Positions 1-11,280 of a stretch of 64,000 bases of DNA are shown piece by piece; positions within the stretch are counted from its first letter, which is position 1; each line of letters starts with the position of its first letter. The translations under genes were made by a program, and so were the position numbers. The notes under the pieces were generated by a model. That model was not told the DNA's origin, did not search any database, and was given only the letters and a program-made list of their open reading frames with translations. Origin of the DNA: Gemmatimonadota bacterium (GTDB lineage: Bacteria; Gemmatimonadota; Gemmatimonadetes; Gemmatimonadales; GWC2-71-9); the NCBI GenBank assembly GCA_039588055.1, contig JBDHAN010000009.1, forward strand, positions 257-64,256, in the 5' to 3' direction.

Positions 1-1262
<1,262 letters not shown>

Positions 1263-2450
1263 CTAGGAGCCGCGCTCCACGGAGTCGCGGAGCTCCCCGG
1301 CCTTCGCGGGGTCTTCCCACGTGAACAGGTCCACGGAGCGCCCCGCAGAGTCGACGCGCTCGGGAGTGCGCCCGAAGTGTCCGTACGCAGCGGTGGCGCG
1401 ATAGATGGGATTCAAGAGATGAAGGGACTCGGTAAGGCTGCGGGGCCGCAAATCGAACACCTCGCTCACGGAAGCCTCGAGAGTCTCGGAGGGCACCGAA
1501 CCGGTGCCGAACGTCTCAACCATAACCGAGACGGGATCGATGACGCCGATCGCATAAGCGATCTGCACTTCGCAACGCCGCGCGAATCCGGCTGCGACGA
1601 TGGTCTTGGCAACCCACCGCGCAGCATAGGTCGCCGAGCGATCGACCTTCGACGGGTCTTTGCCGCTGAACGCCCCGCCTCCGTGTCGTGCCGCCCCCCC
1701 ATAGGTATCGACGATGATCTTTCGCCCGGTGAGTCCGGCGTCCCCCTGAGGGCCTCCCGTCACAAAGCGACCCGTCGGGTTGATGAGGTACGTGACGTTG
1801 CTCGTGTCGAGGGGATACTCGCTCAGCACGTGCTTGATCACGCGCTCGCGAACACCTTCTTCGATTTCTGCGTTCTGAACCGTCGAAGAGTGTTGGGTGG
1901 ACACCACAACGGCCTTCACGCCTACCGGCCGGCCGTCAGCATATTCGACAGTGACCTGGCTCTTGCCGTCGGGACGCAGCCAGTCCAACTCTCCCGACTT
2001 GCGAACCTCTGCCAAGCGCCGAGTCAGGCCATGCGCCAACATGATCGGCATGGGCATGAGCTCGGAGGTCTCATCGCACGCATATCCGAACATCATGCCT
2101 TGATCACCCGCTCCACCCGTATCGACGCCTTGGGCAATGTCAGGCGACTGCGGATCGATGGCCGCCAGCACGGCACACGTGTGGGCGTCAAAGCCGTACG
2201 ACGCGTCCGTGTAGCCGATGGACTCCACCGTTCCCCGGACGATCTCCGGAATGTTGAGGTGGGCCGTGGTCGTGACTTCGCCTGCCACGACGACCATGCC
2301 GGTGGTGACCAACGTCTCGCACGCAACGCGACCGCGTTCGTCGCACGCCAGTACGGCGTCCAGCACCGCGTCGGAAATCTGGTCAGCGATCTTATCGGGG
2401 TGACCTTCGGTCACTGACTCGGATGAAATGATGTACTTGTTGGGTGGCAT
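1263..2450 (-). CDS. metK: S-adenosylmethionine synthetase
   Basis: ORF 1263..2468. [32 protein letters not shown] and [27 protein letters not shown] motifs. ATG at 2450 is preceded by GGAG; the track start at 2468 is a TTG overlapping the ptsI stop. Confidence 0.95.
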   Translation of the reverse strand: MPPNKYIISSESVTEGHPDKIADQISDAVLDAVLACDERGRVACETLVTTGMVVVAGEVTTTAHLNIPEIVRGTVESIGYTDASYGFDAHTCAVLAAIDPQSPDIAQGVDTGGAGDQGMMFGYACDETSELMPMPIMLAHGLTRRLAEVRKSGELDWLRPDGKSQVTVEYADGRPVGVKAVVVSTQHSSTVQNAEIEEGVRERVIKHVLSEYPLDTSNVTYLINPTGRFVTGGPQGDAGLTGRKIIVDTYGGAARHGGGAFSGKDPSKVDRSATYAARWVAKTIVAAGFARRCEVQIAYAIGVIDPVSVMVETFGTGSVPSETLEASVSEVFDLRPRSLTESLHLLNPIYRATAAYGHFGRTPERVDSAGRSVDLFTWEDPAKAGELRDSVERGS

Positions 2451-2464
2451 GTCGCTCCGACGAA

Positions 2465-4288
2465 TCAAGCCGATCCTCTCGCGAAACTTCTCAACCTACC
2501 CGGGCCCACGACGCTGGGCAACCGCCCCGCCCGCAGCAACTCGAGATCGATGTACTTGACGATCGCTTTCTCGAGAACCGCCTCGACATGCGCCGTCGTC
2601 GAGGCCGAAAGGGCCTGGCGCGCGGCAGCCGCGGCCGCCGCCGCGTCTATCTGGCGCACGAGCCAGCGGATGAGCGGTAGCGTCGGAGGCGACACACTCA
2701 AGACGCGGAATCCCATACCAATGAGGAGAAACACCGACAGTGGATCGGATGCCATTTCGCCACACACGCTGGCTTCCACGCCGTGGGCTTTCGCCGCATC
2801 GTGCACCCGGGCCAGCATCCGAAGCACCGCTGGATGATGTGGCGTGAACCGACCAGCGAGTCTCGCGTTCCCTCGGTCGACCGCGAGCGTGTATTGTGTC
2901 AGGTCGTTGGTGCCGATACTCACGAAGTCGCTCAGCGGCACGATCTGCTCCGCGAGAATCGCGGCCGCCGGGGTCTCGATCATCACGCCCACCGGCAACG
3001 TCTTACCCACCGGAATGCCCTCACGTTCGAGCGCCTGCGCTTCGTCGGCCACGAGCTCACGAGTGCGCTCGATTTCCTCGATCGCGGTAATCATCGGCAG
3101 CATGAGTCTCACGTCGCCCGCCACGGTCGCCCGCAATGCAGCTCGGATCTGTGTGCGGAAGAACTCGGGATGGTCCAAGCACACCCGAATCGCCCGCCAC
3201 CCCAAGAAGGGATTCGCTTCCGGATCGGTGCGGAATGCCGTCGGGAACTTGTCACCACCCAGGTCGTACGTGCGCACGACGACCGGATTCGGCGCGAAGC
3301 GGCGCGCGACCTGCTCGAAGAACCGCGCCTGCTCGTCCTCTGACGGCATGGACGTGCGCCCCAGCACGAGGAACTCGGTTCTGAGCAGTCCGACACCTTC
3401 GGCCCCGTGATCCGCGGTTCCGTCGATCTCTTCCGGAAGGTCGATGTTTGCCCTGAGGGTCAGCCGCTCGCCGTCGACCGTCTCGGCAGGCTGTCCAACC
3501 ACCTCATCCAGTCGTTTCGCCAGCTGTTCACGAAGTCGCTCACTCTCTTCGGCTTCGGCGATCTCCGCTGGTGTCGGATCGATGAGCACGAAGCCGTGGG
3601 TCCCGTCGAGGATGACGGGCGTGCCGTCTTCAATGCGATCGAGACCGCTGGCTAACCCCATCACGCATGGAATCCCGAGGCTCCGCGCAAGAATCGCCGC
3701 ATGGGCGGTCTTTGCACCTTCGACACTCGCCAGTCCGGCCACCTGCTCGCGTTCGAGCTGGACAGTGAGCCCAGGTGTGAGCTCTCTCGTGAGCACGATG
3801 GCCGACGCGCTGTCCGGCCCGGCCAGACCGCGGACGACCGACTTGCCCATCAGCCTGTTGATTACGCGAATCTGAATGCCCGTCAGGTCGGCAACGCGTT
3901 GCCGCAGCAGGTAACTGTGCGACTGCTGCCATTGGGCACGCATCTCGAGGGTCTTGAACTCGAAGGCACGCGCTGCACTCAGCTGGTTCTCGCGGATCAA
4001 GGTCTCGACCTCGCCGATGAACTCGGGATCGTCGAGCATCAGGATCTGTGCGTCGAAGATCTTCGACTCCTCTTCGCCCGCTCGTCGCCGCGTACGGTGT
4101 TGGAGATCCTCGAGCAGATCCTTGACCGCCACAAGCGCATCGCGAAGACGGGAGATCTCCTCGTCGACCTGGTCGGCGGACACGACGTCGTGTGTGACGT
4201 CCGGAAGCTCCCACCGGATGACCCGTGCCGGGCCGATCACGATCCCCGGCGCGACGCCGACACCGTTGAGCACGCGGTCGCTGGTCAC
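2465..4288 (-). CDS. ptsI: Phosphoenolpyruvate-protein phosphotransferase (PTS Enzyme I)
   Basis: 607-aa ORF with [20 protein letters not shown] (active-site His region), [16 protein letters not shown] and CGEMA motifs. Confidence 0.93.
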   Translation of the reverse strand: MTSDRVLNGVGVAPGIVIGPARVIRWELPDVTHDVVSADQVDEEISRLRDALVAVKDLLEDLQHRTRRRAGEEESKIFDAQILMLDDPEFIGEVETLIRENQLSAARAFEFKTLEMRAQWQQSHSYLLRQRVADLTGIQIRVINRLMGKSVVRGLAGPDSASAIVLTRELTPGLTVQLEREQVAGLASVEGAKTAHAAILARSLGIPCVMGLASGLDRIEDGTPVILDGTHGFVLIDPTPAEIAEAEESERLREQLAKRLDEVVGQPAETVDGERLTLRANIDLPEEIDGTADHGAEGVGLLRTEFLVLGRTSMPSEDEQARFFEQVARRFAPNPVVVRTYDLGGDKFPTAFRTDPEANPFLGWRAIRVCLDHPEFFRTQIRAALRATVAGDVRLMLPMITAIEEIERTRELVADEAQALEREGIPVGKTLPVGVMIETPAAAILAEQIVPLSDFVSIGTNDLTQYTLAVDRGNARLAGRFTPHHPAVLRMLARVHDAAKAHGVEASVCGEMASDPLSVFLLIGMGFRVLSVSPPTLPLIRWLVRQIDAAAAAAAARQALSASTTAHVEAVLEKAIVKYIDLELLRAGRLPSVVGPGRLRSFARGSA

Positions 4289-4563
4289 TGTTCCACCAGC
4301 TCGCGGCCCAGGATTTCCACGAGCGCTTCGACGGCGCGGTCTGCGTCATCGCCTTCGGCGCGCACCATTACCGTGCTTCCGAACTCTGCTGCCAACGTCA
4401 TCACTCCCAAAATGCTCTTGCCATTGACCCAGTTTCCGTCCTTCCCGAGGGAAACCTCGGCATCGAACTTCCCGGCGACCTTGACCAGCTCGGCTGCCGG
4501 GCGGGCATGGAGACCCAGCCGGTTCCGTATCACCGTACTCTGCTCGATCTTCACGCGATCCAT
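4285..4563 (-). CDS. ptsH: Phosphocarrier protein HPr
   Basis: C-terminal 92 aa of ORF 4285..4830, from ATG (cat 4561-4563): MDRVKIEQSTVIRNRLGLHARPAAELV (His site) and NGKSILGVMTL (Ser-46-type HprK site). The longer ORF overlaps the IID gene. Confidence 0.9.
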   Translation of the reverse strand: MDRVKIEQSTVIRNRLGLHARPAAELVKVAGKFDAEVSLGKDGNWVNGKSILGVMTLAAEFGSTVMVRAEGDDADRAVEALVEILGRELVEQ

Positions 4564-5288
4564 CCTATGACGATCGCCACCGCTGCGGCAGCGAGCCCGA
4601 ATCGGAGGCCGCCGAACGTCGGAACGACCCACCGGGAGAACACCAGCGCCACAAGGGCAACCAAGACCATAGCCACCTGCGTCCGCAGGGTGAACCCCTC
4701 CGTGAGCCACTCGCCGACAATCGGCAACGCCATTCCAACCGCTAACGCCGCCAGCGGCCCCGCAAGGCGGAGTCCTCGTTGAATCCCCTTGGCGGTGAGC
4801 GCCTGCGAGACGTTGGTGCCCAGGCGCCACCCTTCTCGGAGACCCCAGGTGCGAAGCGTGATGTGAACCGCATTGAAGAGCCCCAGGAACGCGATCACCC
4901 CCGCCACGGGCGACACAAGGGACATGACGACCAGCCCGACGCCAGCGCTCACCGGCAGAACCCCGGCCCAGATCAGCTTGTCTCCTATCGAGCCCAGCGG
5001 TCCGATCAACGCGTGGGGCAGCCGCCGGATGGCGTCTCCAGAAACACCCTGCCGCTCGGCTTTCGCCACGGCTCCGATGGCAAGCCCAACCATATAGGGG
5101 TGTGCGTTGAAGAACTGGGTCGCGCGCCTCATGGCCGCCTTGTATTGCTCTCCGTCCGGTCCGCCAGGCAGGCGACGCAATAACGGCTCGATGGCAAACG
5201 CCGACCCGACCCCCACAAGCCGGTCATGATTGAAGGACGCCTGCACGACCAGGGTGCGGAACCACGCGCGAGCCAGTGCGGTCCTCAT
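4551..5288 (-). CDS. PTS mannose/fructose/sorbose-family IID component
   Basis: ORF 4551..5453. From the internal ATG at 5288 (ATGA overlap with the IIC stop): MRTALARAWFRTLVVQASFNHDRLVGVGSAF...FFNAHPYMVGLAIGAVAKAE, typical of ManZ-like IID; multi-TM. Confidence 0.85.
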   Translation of the reverse strand: MRTALARAWFRTLVVQASFNHDRLVGVGSAFAIEPLLRRLPGGPDGEQYKAAMRRATQFFNAHPYMVGLAIGAVAKAERQGVSGDAIRRLPHALIGPLGSIGDKLIWAGVLPVSAGVGLVVMSLVSPVAGVIAFLGLFNAVHITLRTWGLREGWRLGTNVSQALTAKGIQRGLRLAGPLAALAVGMALPIVGEWLTEGFTLRTQVAMVLVALVALVFSRWVVPTFGGLRFGLAAAAVAIVIGWIA

Positions 5289-5953
5289 AGCAGCACCACG
5301 CCCAGGAGGCCGGCCGCCAGCCCCACACCGAACCAGCGCAGTCCCGTTCCCCGCCCAACGGCGGAGACGAGGCCACCGGCTGCGGATCCTACTGCTGCGC
5401 CCATGACGACGACGGTCACCAGCAACGCAGACTCCAACGAGACCGGAGACCACCGATAGACCCCGAGAGCGAGGACGAGCCCGAGCGCCGTCACAACCAG
5501 CGAGCGCAGTGCATCTCGCAAGAACCCACGCGTGTGGGTCGCCACGACCGCGACGACATCGCCTTCGTCGAGGGCGTCCCGGAGGCGGCGCACGTCGACC
5601 GTATTGCCCCGCCGCACGATACGAATCCCCACCTCACCCATGTAGGCAACCGCGAGGCCAACGCAGACGGCAAGCCCGATCCCAAGCGCCGCGGGCGCGT
5701 GAGCTGCCGTTGCGGATGCGGCGACCGCTCCGACTCCATAGTCCGGATACCGCGCGGCACCAACGGGCAGAACATCGAGCGCAAAGAGCTCGAGAATCGC
5801 TCCGACCGTTGCCCCCGCCACCGGATCGCCGAGAATCACACCGCCGACCGTCCCAGCGACGATCGGCCGTGCGAACATGGCTTGGCCGACGCTCACCAGA
5901 TCGAGCCCGACGAAGGTGCCCCAGAGCAGCAACAACGCGAACTGCCCGCTCAC
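5285..5953 (-). CDS. PTS mannose/fructose/sorbose-family IIC component
   Basis: 222-aa hydrophobic ORF. FVGLDLVSVGQAMFARPIVAGTVGG...ELFALDVLPVGAARYPD matches the EII-Sor IIC pattern. Confidence 0.85.
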   Translation of the reverse strand: MSGQFALLLLWGTFVGLDLVSVGQAMFARPIVAGTVGGVILGDPVAGATVGAILELFALDVLPVGAARYPDYGVGAVAASATAAHAPAALGIGLAVCVGLAVAYMGEVGIRIVRRGNTVDVRRLRDALDEGDVVAVVATHTRGFLRDALRSLVVTALGLVLALGVYRWSPVSLESALLVTVVVMGAAVGSAAGGLVSAVGRGTGLRWFGVGLAAGLLGVVLL

Positions 5954-6423
5954 GCCCAGTGCTCCAGCGCCACCGCCTTCGCGGTGGGGACGTCTTGCGC
6001 CGTCACCTCAACGCCGCCATCGCGAATTTGGAGCAGCAGCGCGGCTTCATCGTCCGACAGATACACGTACGAGAGACGCTCCGACCGTCCGTTGCCATCG
6101 TGCAATCCACCAACGTTCACGTGTGTGATGATGTCGGTGCCGTCGCACAGGCGCCTGGCGGTCTCGACGTTGGCGATGAGGAACACCGTTCGGATGGCGT
6201 CACCATTCATCTCCGTCACCGCCTCGATGGCCTCGCTCACCGACATGAAGACGACCTCAACGCCGCCCGGGACGCCGAGTGCATACAGGTCCTGCTCCCA
6301 CTTGTTGCCTCGCACCTCGTCGTCGATCAGGACGATCCGTTTGGCGTTCAGGGCTTGCACCCAGCCGACCACGACTTGACCGTGAATCAGCCGGTCGTCG
6401 ATTCTCGTGAGGACGATGCTCAC
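5950..6423 (-). CDS. PTS mannose-family IIB component
   Basis: 157 aa. MSIVLTRIDDRLIHGQVVVGW carries the IIB(Man) phospho-His motif. Confidence 0.88.
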   Translation of the reverse strand: MSIVLTRIDDRLIHGQVVVGWVQALNAKRIVLIDDEVRGNKWEQDLYALGVPGGVEVVFMSVSEAIEAVTEMNGDAIRTVFLIANVETARRLCDGTDIITHVNVGGLHDGNGRSERLSYVYLSDDEAALLLQIRDGGVEVTAQDVPTAKAVALEHWA

Positions 6424-6791
6424 ACGTGCACCGTTCTGATGGATCGTTCCGCCGCGGATATGGCGCGCGCGGCGGCCTCCTCCGGCGTGAGCTCGCGGTG
6501 AAAGACGAAATCGAGCAGCATAGCCAGGTTGACGCCCGCTACGATGGCTACGTCATCGCGCGCTCGAAACTCGCGCAGCGTCGCGTGCAAGCAGCTGCTC
6601 CCTGGCATGTCCACGAAGACGACCGCGGGCTCTGACCCCACCGCGGCTCTCACGGCGGCACACAGGCCCTCGGGACTCTCGCCCGTGTTGCTCACGGCAG
6701 CCAATTCACCGTCGTCGCCGGTGATCTCCTTCACGGCGGCGACGAGCGCGCCCGCCAGGGTCGCGTGCGAGACGATGACACCTTTCAGCAT
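6420..6791 (-). CDS. PTS mannose-family IIA component
   Basis: ORF 6420..6887. ATG at 6791 lies 1 nt downstream of the hprK stop codon (6793-6795). MLKGVIVSHATLAGALV (IIA-Man His-10 motif) and VFVDMPGSS. Confidence 0.85.
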   Translation of the reverse strand: MLKGVIVSHATLAGALVAAVKEITGDDGELAAVSNTGESPEGLCAAVRAAVGSEPAVVFVDMPGSSCLHATLREFRARDDVAIVAGVNLAMLLDFVFHRELTPEEAAARAISAAERSIRTVHV

Positions 6792-6792
6792 G

Positions 6793-7761
6793 TCACTCAA
6801 AATCCTCAGCGAGGTACTCACGGAGCTCTGCCTGCTCCGCCATTTGCCGGATGAGTCGCTCGTTGAACTGCTTGGCGGAGTCCACACCGCTGTATCGCAG
6901 GAGATGGTTCATCGCGACGACCTCACAGATGACGGTGAGATTTTTCCCCGGGTTCAGCGGAATCACGACTTTCGGCAGCTCCACGCCGAGCACCGTGGTT
7001 GTCTTGCTGTGCAGGCCGGTGCGATCAACGTCTTGGGCGCTGTCCCAGTCCTGCAGCTCCACCACCACCTCAATCCGCTTCTGCTGTCGCACCGCCCGCA
7101 CCCCAAAGAGCGCCATCACATCGACCAAGCCGATTCCCCGAATCTCCATGTAGCGATGCGCCAGATTGTCGGCACGTCCAATAAGCACACCGGCTCCACG
7201 TTGCGTGATATAGACGACATCATCGGCCACGAGCCGGTGGCCGCGTTCCACCAAGTCCAGCACACACTCACTCTTCCCAATGCCGGACCTCCCGACAAAC
7301 AGGAGTCCGACGCCATACACGTCAGCCATCGATGCGTGCATACTGCTCGACGGCGCAAAGACCTCCGTCAGATACGGGGAGACTCGCCGGTAGAACTCTG
7401 ACGTGCGGAGCTTCGAGCGAATGATGGGAATCCCGCGCTCCCGTCCAAGACGAGACAGCTCGCGTGGCACCGTCTGTCCCTTCGTGACGAACACGCAGGG
7501 GAGCTCGTAACTCATGAACGTCTCGAGCGAGCGCTGTCGTTCGGCAGACGACAGGGAACGCAGGTATGCGATCTCCGTCTCGCCCAGGACGTGGAGCCGC
7601 TCAGTGGCGAATCGGGCCGTGAACCCTGCGAACACGAGCCCAGGACTCGAGACCTCGGGCACGAGAATCTTGCGATCGAGCCCCTCCTCGCCGGCCAGCA
7701 CCTGCAGCTGCAGCGAATCGCCTTTACGCTCCAACAGGTCGCGAACCGTCAACTGGGACAT
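6793..7761 (-). CDS. hprK: HPr kinase/phosphorylase
   Basis: 322 aa. GVGLLFVGRSGIGKSECVLDLVERGHRLVADD (Walker A plus the HprK signature) and MEIRGIGLVDV. Confidence 0.93.
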   Translation of the reverse strand: MSQLTVRDLLERKGDSLQLQVLAGEEGLDRKILVPEVSSPGLVFAGFTARFATERLHVLGETEIAYLRSLSSAERQRSLETFMSYELPCVFVTKGQTVPRELSRLGRERGIPIIRSKLRTSEFYRRVSPYLTEVFAPSSSMHASMADVYGVGLLFVGRSGIGKSECVLDLVERGHRLVADDVVYITQRGAGVLIGRADNLAHRYMEIRGIGLVDVMALFGVRAVRQQKRIEVVVELQDWDSAQDVDRTGLHSKTTTVLGVELPKVVIPLNPGKNLTVICEVVAMNHLLRYSGVDSAKQFNERLIRQMAEQAELREYLAEDFE

Positions 7762-7763
7762 CG

Positions 7764-8060
7764 TCAGCTCGTCCGCCGCGCCGGATGGCGCTCGTTCTTG
7801 TCGAGCTGGTTCCGCACCTTGTCCAACGCCCGGTCGAGGGCCGAGCGAAAGTCGTCCGCCTCCGCGGACGCCACCTTGACCTGGCCTCGCACCAAATACA
7901 GGTGAATCTCAACGACTTTCCGTCCGTGATCGGCGTCGAATACGATCTCTGCCCGTTGTGGCCGATGGGCCGCCTTCGCCGCCTTCGCGATCAGCGCTTC
8001 GGCTCTCGTTCGCAGCTCATCGGGAATTTCACAGTGACGCGCCGTCACAGTCGTTCGCAT
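7764..8060 (-). CDS. hpf: Ribosome hibernation promoting factor (short HPF/RaiA, sigma-54 modulation protein family)
   Basis: 98 aa. MRTTVTARHCEIPDELRTRAEALI...EADDFRSALDRALDKVRNQL fits the HPF fold pattern. Confidence 0.85.
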   Translation of the reverse strand: MRTTVTARHCEIPDELRTRAEALIAKAAKAAHRPQRAEIVFDADHGRKVVEIHLYLVRGQVKVASAEADDFRSALDRALDKVRNQLDKNERHPARRTS

Positions 8061-8063
8061 GGT

Positions 8064-9197
8064 CTATTCACTCCTTCCCGCCGGGGCGGAAGCCCCGACA
8101 GTGTCAACGAGGTGCTGTTCGGTCAAGTCTGCAGCTCGATCCCACGACAGCGAGGTCGCGAACCGGCGGCCGGCACTGCCGAGCCTGCTGACAAGGTGAG
8201 GGTCGCCACTCAGGCGACAGAGTGCTGCGGATAGGGCCTCCGGGTCGTCGTGGGGCACTAGTATTCCAGTTTCGTCTTGCAGGACGGACTCGCGCAAGCC
8301 GGGGCTGTCCGAGGCCACTGCCGGCGTTCCGCAGGCTGCGGCCTCCACATTGCTGATACCCCATCCCTCCTTGGGCGAAGGGAATACCACAGCCCACGCT
8401 CGCCGTAACAGGTCGCGCTTCTCCTCTTCCCCGACAAACCCGAGAAAACGCACGCACTCCGACAGCTGCAACTTGCGTGCGACGCCTTCCAGCCGGTCCC
8501 GGTCATCGCCGACACCCGCGATCATGAATTGCAGGGCCGGTACCGTCTTGCGCGCCAGCGCCACCGCCTCGAGGGCGATATGGAGCCCCTTGTACCGTTT
8601 GAGGCGCCCGACGTAGAGAAAGGTCGGATCCGTGGTTCGCGAGACCATCGGGTCAGGCGCATACCACCCGGCGTCCACACCTGGGTGAATCAGCCGAATC
8701 GCGTCACGATGTACCCCACGCCGCACCAGGTCGTCACGAGTGCTGTCGGATATCGCGTGAAACGCCTGACGTCGATAAAGTCGCGGAATCGGTTTCTCGG
8801 CGAGCCACACGATGGAGGCCACAGGCCAAGACGCCTCGCGAAACGCTGTCGTGCCGAACAGGTGCGGGATGATGACGTAGACCGGCAGGTCGGTGAGCGT
8901 CGGAAGGTAGAGTGGCAGTTTGTTGATGTCCTCCACCACGACGTCGAACTGCCCGTCGCTCAGCGCTCGCCGGACCGCGCCCCGGCCCACCAGCGCGAAA
9001 CTGTGGCGCCTCCCAAACCGGCGGACGAGAAGCCCGTCCACCACAGCCTCCGGGGACGCGCCAGGCCAACCGGACGTTACCATGGTGATGCGGTGGTCTC
9101 GTTCGGCAAGACGCCGGAATATCTCGAACAGATGAATCTCCGCTCCACCCGCCTGCGGATTTTCACGATCCAGCCAGTTGATCAGCAGGATGTTCAC
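8064..9197 (-). CDS. Glycosyltransferase family 1 (GT4-like)
   Basis: 377 aa. N-terminal MNILLINWLDRENPQAGGAEIH and C-terminal FPSPKEGWGISNVEAAACGTPAVASD (E-x7-E region). The GTG start overlaps the nusB stop (GTGA). Confidence 0.8.
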   Translation of the reverse strand: MNILLINWLDRENPQAGGAEIHLFEIFRRLAERDHRITMVTSGWPGASPEAVVDGLLVRRFGRRHSFALVGRGAVRRALSDGQFDVVVEDINKLPLYLPTLTDLPVYVIIPHLFGTTAFREASWPVASIVWLAEKPIPRLYRRQAFHAISDSTRDDLVRRGVHRDAIRLIHPGVDAGWYAPDPMVSRTTDPTFLYVGRLKRYKGLHIALEAVALARKTVPALQFMIAGVGDDRDRLEGVARKLQLSECVRFLGFVGEEEKRDLLRRAWAVVFPSPKEGWGISNVEAAACGTPAVASDSPGLRESVLQDETGILVPHDDPEALSAALCRLSGDPHLVSRLGSAGRRFATSLSWDRAADLTEQHLVDTVGASAPAGRSE

Positions 9198-9607
9198 AGG
9201 CGTCCAGCCTTCCGGGCAGCGGCATCGAGCACCCCGTTGACGAAGGCCGGCGCTTTGGCCCCAGCAAACCAGTGCGCGAGTTGCACCGCCTCACTGATCG
9301 CGACCCGCACCGGCACGGATCCGGCCGACAGTTCATAAAGTCCGATGCGCAGCACGTTGAGCTCGATGGTGCCGATACGCTCGAAGCGCCAGTTGTCGGC
9401 CAGCACCTCGATCTCCGCGTCGAGTCGCTCGACCTCCGACGCAACGGCATCCGCCAGCGCTTCGGCCTGCTCCACCGGACCGCGCCACGCCGGCCGACCA
9501 GCCAGCAGGTTGTGCACGACGCGCGGCATTGGCGGCCGGGCCTGCAATTCCCACGCGTACAGCAGCTGGAGCGCACGGGCCCGCGTCTTCGTCTCAGGTC
9601 TCAGCAC
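9194..9607 (-). CDS. nusB: Transcription antitermination factor NusB
   Basis: C-terminal ~137 aa of ORF 9194..10042: ETKTRARALQLLYAWE...ERIGTIELNVLRIGLYEL...VAISEAVQLAHWFAGAKAPAFVNGVLD. The proposed GTG start at 9607 overlaps the ribH end; the start is uncertain. Confidence 0.8.
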   Translation of the reverse strand: MLRPETKTRARALQLLYAWELQARPPMPRVVHNLLAGRPAWRGPVEQAEALADAVASEVERLDAEIEVLADNWRFERIGTIELNVLRIGLYELSAGSVPVRVAISEAVQLAHWFAGAKAPAFVNGVLDAAARKAGRL

Positions 9608-10073
9608 GATCGCCCAGGTCGCCGAGCGCCCGCAGCGTCTCGACGGCTGCGCGTGCCGCTTCCTCGCCCTTGTTGCCGGCGGCTCCCCCTGCGCGGGCCA
9701 GTGCCTGGGCCAGGGTGTCGCACGTGAGGAGCCCAAAGCCGACGGGAATCCCCGTTGTCGTCGCGACGTCCATGAGCCCATGACTGGCCGCCCCGGCGAC
9801 ATAGTCGAAGTGCGGCGTTTCACCCCGGACCACCGCACCCAACGCGACGGCCAGATGGTAGCGCCCCGACGCGAGTCCTCGGCCGACGACGACGGGCAAC
9901 TCGAACGCTCCGGGCACCCACACAACATCGATCTGGTCGGACGGGAAGCCTGCTCCGACGAGCGTGCTGTGTGCGCCGTCGAGGAGCTTTCTCGTGACGC
10001 CCTCATTGAAACGGCTGACGACGACGAGCGCACGCCCCGCACCGGACGCGTCGTCGCGGAAATCCTTGGTCAC
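9594..10073 (-). CDS. ribH: 6,7-dimethyl-8-ribityllumazine synthase
   Basis: VVVSRFNEGVTRKLLDGA...VWVPGAFELPVV...ALGAVVRGETPHFDYVA. The GTG at 10073 lies 1 nt after the ribBA stop; the remainder of ORF 9594..10409 overlaps ribBA. Confidence 0.88.
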   Translation of the reverse strand: MTKDFRDDASGAGRALVVVSRFNEGVTRKLLDGAHSTLVGAGFPSDQIDVVWVPGAFELPVVVGRGLASGRYHLAVALGAVVRGETPHFDYVAGAASHGLMDVATTTGIPVGFGLLTCDTLAQALARAGGAAGNKGEEAARAAVETLRALGDLGDRAET

Positions 10074-10074
10074 G

Positions 10075-11280
10075 TCAGTGCGCGAAGAGATGACCGAGCT
10101 TATCGCGCTTGGCGTTGATATAGGCGCGACTCTCGTCGTTCGCATCGGCCACGAGTGGCACCCGCTCGACGATCTCCAGGCCGTAGCCGTCGAGGCCGAC
10201 CATCTTCCGCGGGTTGTTCGTGAGCACACGAATCGAGCTGAGCCCCAAATCGATGAGGATCTGCGCGCCAATCCCGTAGTTGCGAAGATCGGGCGCAAAG
10301 CCCAGCGCTTCATTCGCCTCCACGGTATCGTGGCCTTGATCCTGGAGCTCGTACGCCTTGAGCTTGTTGACCAGTCCGATGCCCCGGCCCTCCTGATCCA
10401 GATAGACAATCGCGCCGCCTCCCCCTTCGGCGATCATCCGCATGGCCGCCTGCAGTTGGGGTCCGCAGTCGCAGCGATGGGACCCGAAGACGTCCCCGGT
10501 CAAGCACTTCGAGTGCATGCGAACCAGCACGTCGCGGCGACCGTCGATCTCACCAAACACGAGGGCAACGTGCTCCCGGCTGTCCACGTTGTTCTCATAA
10601 CCGACAATGCGGAACTCGCCGTGAAGGGTTGGCAGGCGGGCCTCGGCCACTCGTCGGACCAAGCGCTCGTTTTGCAGCCGATACGCGACCAGCTGGGCCA
10701 CGGTGACAAACGTGAGTTTGTGCTTTTCCGCGAACTGCTCGAGCTGCGGCCGACGCATCATCGTTCCGTCATCGGCGAGCACTTCACAGATGACACCGGC
10801 AGGATAAAGCTCGGCGAGCCTCGCAAGGTCGACGCTCGCCTCCGTGTGCCCGACGCGCTGCAATACCCCACCAGGACGCGCTCGCAGCGGGAACACATGA
10901 CCGGGACGCCGCAGATCCGAGGGTGCCGTGGCATCGTCGATCGCCACCTGAATCGTTTTCGCCCGGTCCGCTGCTGAGATGCCTGTCGTGACGCCAAACT
11001 GCTTGGCAGCGTCCACGCTCACCGTGAACGCTGTCTCGTGCGAGTCCTCGTTCCGCTCGGTCATCTGCGGCAGACCGAGAGCGACACATCGCTCGGGTGT
11101 GAGCGTGAGACACACCAACCCGCGACCGTACTTCGCCATGAAGTTGATCATGGCAGGTGTCGCATGGGCCGCAGCCCCGATGAGATCGCCTTCGCTCTCT
11201 CGGTCTTCGTCATCCGCCACGAGCACCAGCCGCCCGTGCAGAATGTCCTCTATGGCCTGCTCAATCGTTCCGAACGGCAT
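10075..11280 (-). CDS. ribBA: Bifunctional 3,4-dihydroxy-2-butanone-4-phosphate synthase / GTP cyclohydrolase II
   Basis: 401 aa. DDEDRESEGDLIGAA, GHTEASVDLARLA (DHBP synthase half) and RMHSKCLTGDVFGSHRCDCGPQL (GCH II half). Confidence 0.93.
   Translation of the reverse strand: MPFGTIEQAIEDILHGRLVLVADDEDRESEGDLIGAAAHATPAMINFMAKYGRGLVCLTLTPERCVALGLPQMTERNEDSHETAFTVSVDAAKQFGVTTGISAADRAKTIQVAIDDATAPSDLRRPGHVFPLRARPGGVLQRVGHTEASVDLARLAELYPAGVICEVLADDGTMMRRPQLEQFAEKHKLTFVTVAQLVAYRLQNERLVRRVAEARLPTLHGEFRIVGYENNVDSREHVALVFGEIDGRRDVLVRMHSKCLTGDVFGSHRCDCGPQLQAAMRMIAEGGGGAIVYLDQEGRGIGLVNKLKAYELQDQGHDTVEANEALGFAPDLRNYGIGAQILIDLGLSSIRVLTNNPRKMVGLDGYGLEIVERVPLVADANDESRAYINAKRDKLGHLFAH

Noticed and set aside
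4564-4830. Longer HPr ORF (181 aa). The extended track ORFs for the IID, IIA, ribE, nusB, ribH, deoB, lipoprotein, PfkB, murG, murD, murE, ftsQ and ftsY genes are handled the same way
   Set aside because: In each case the family similarity begins at an internal ATG/GTG that forms a 1-4-nt overlap, or lies within 1-2 nt of the upstream gene's stop. The extra residues overlap the upstream gene and are Arg/Gly-rich filler.
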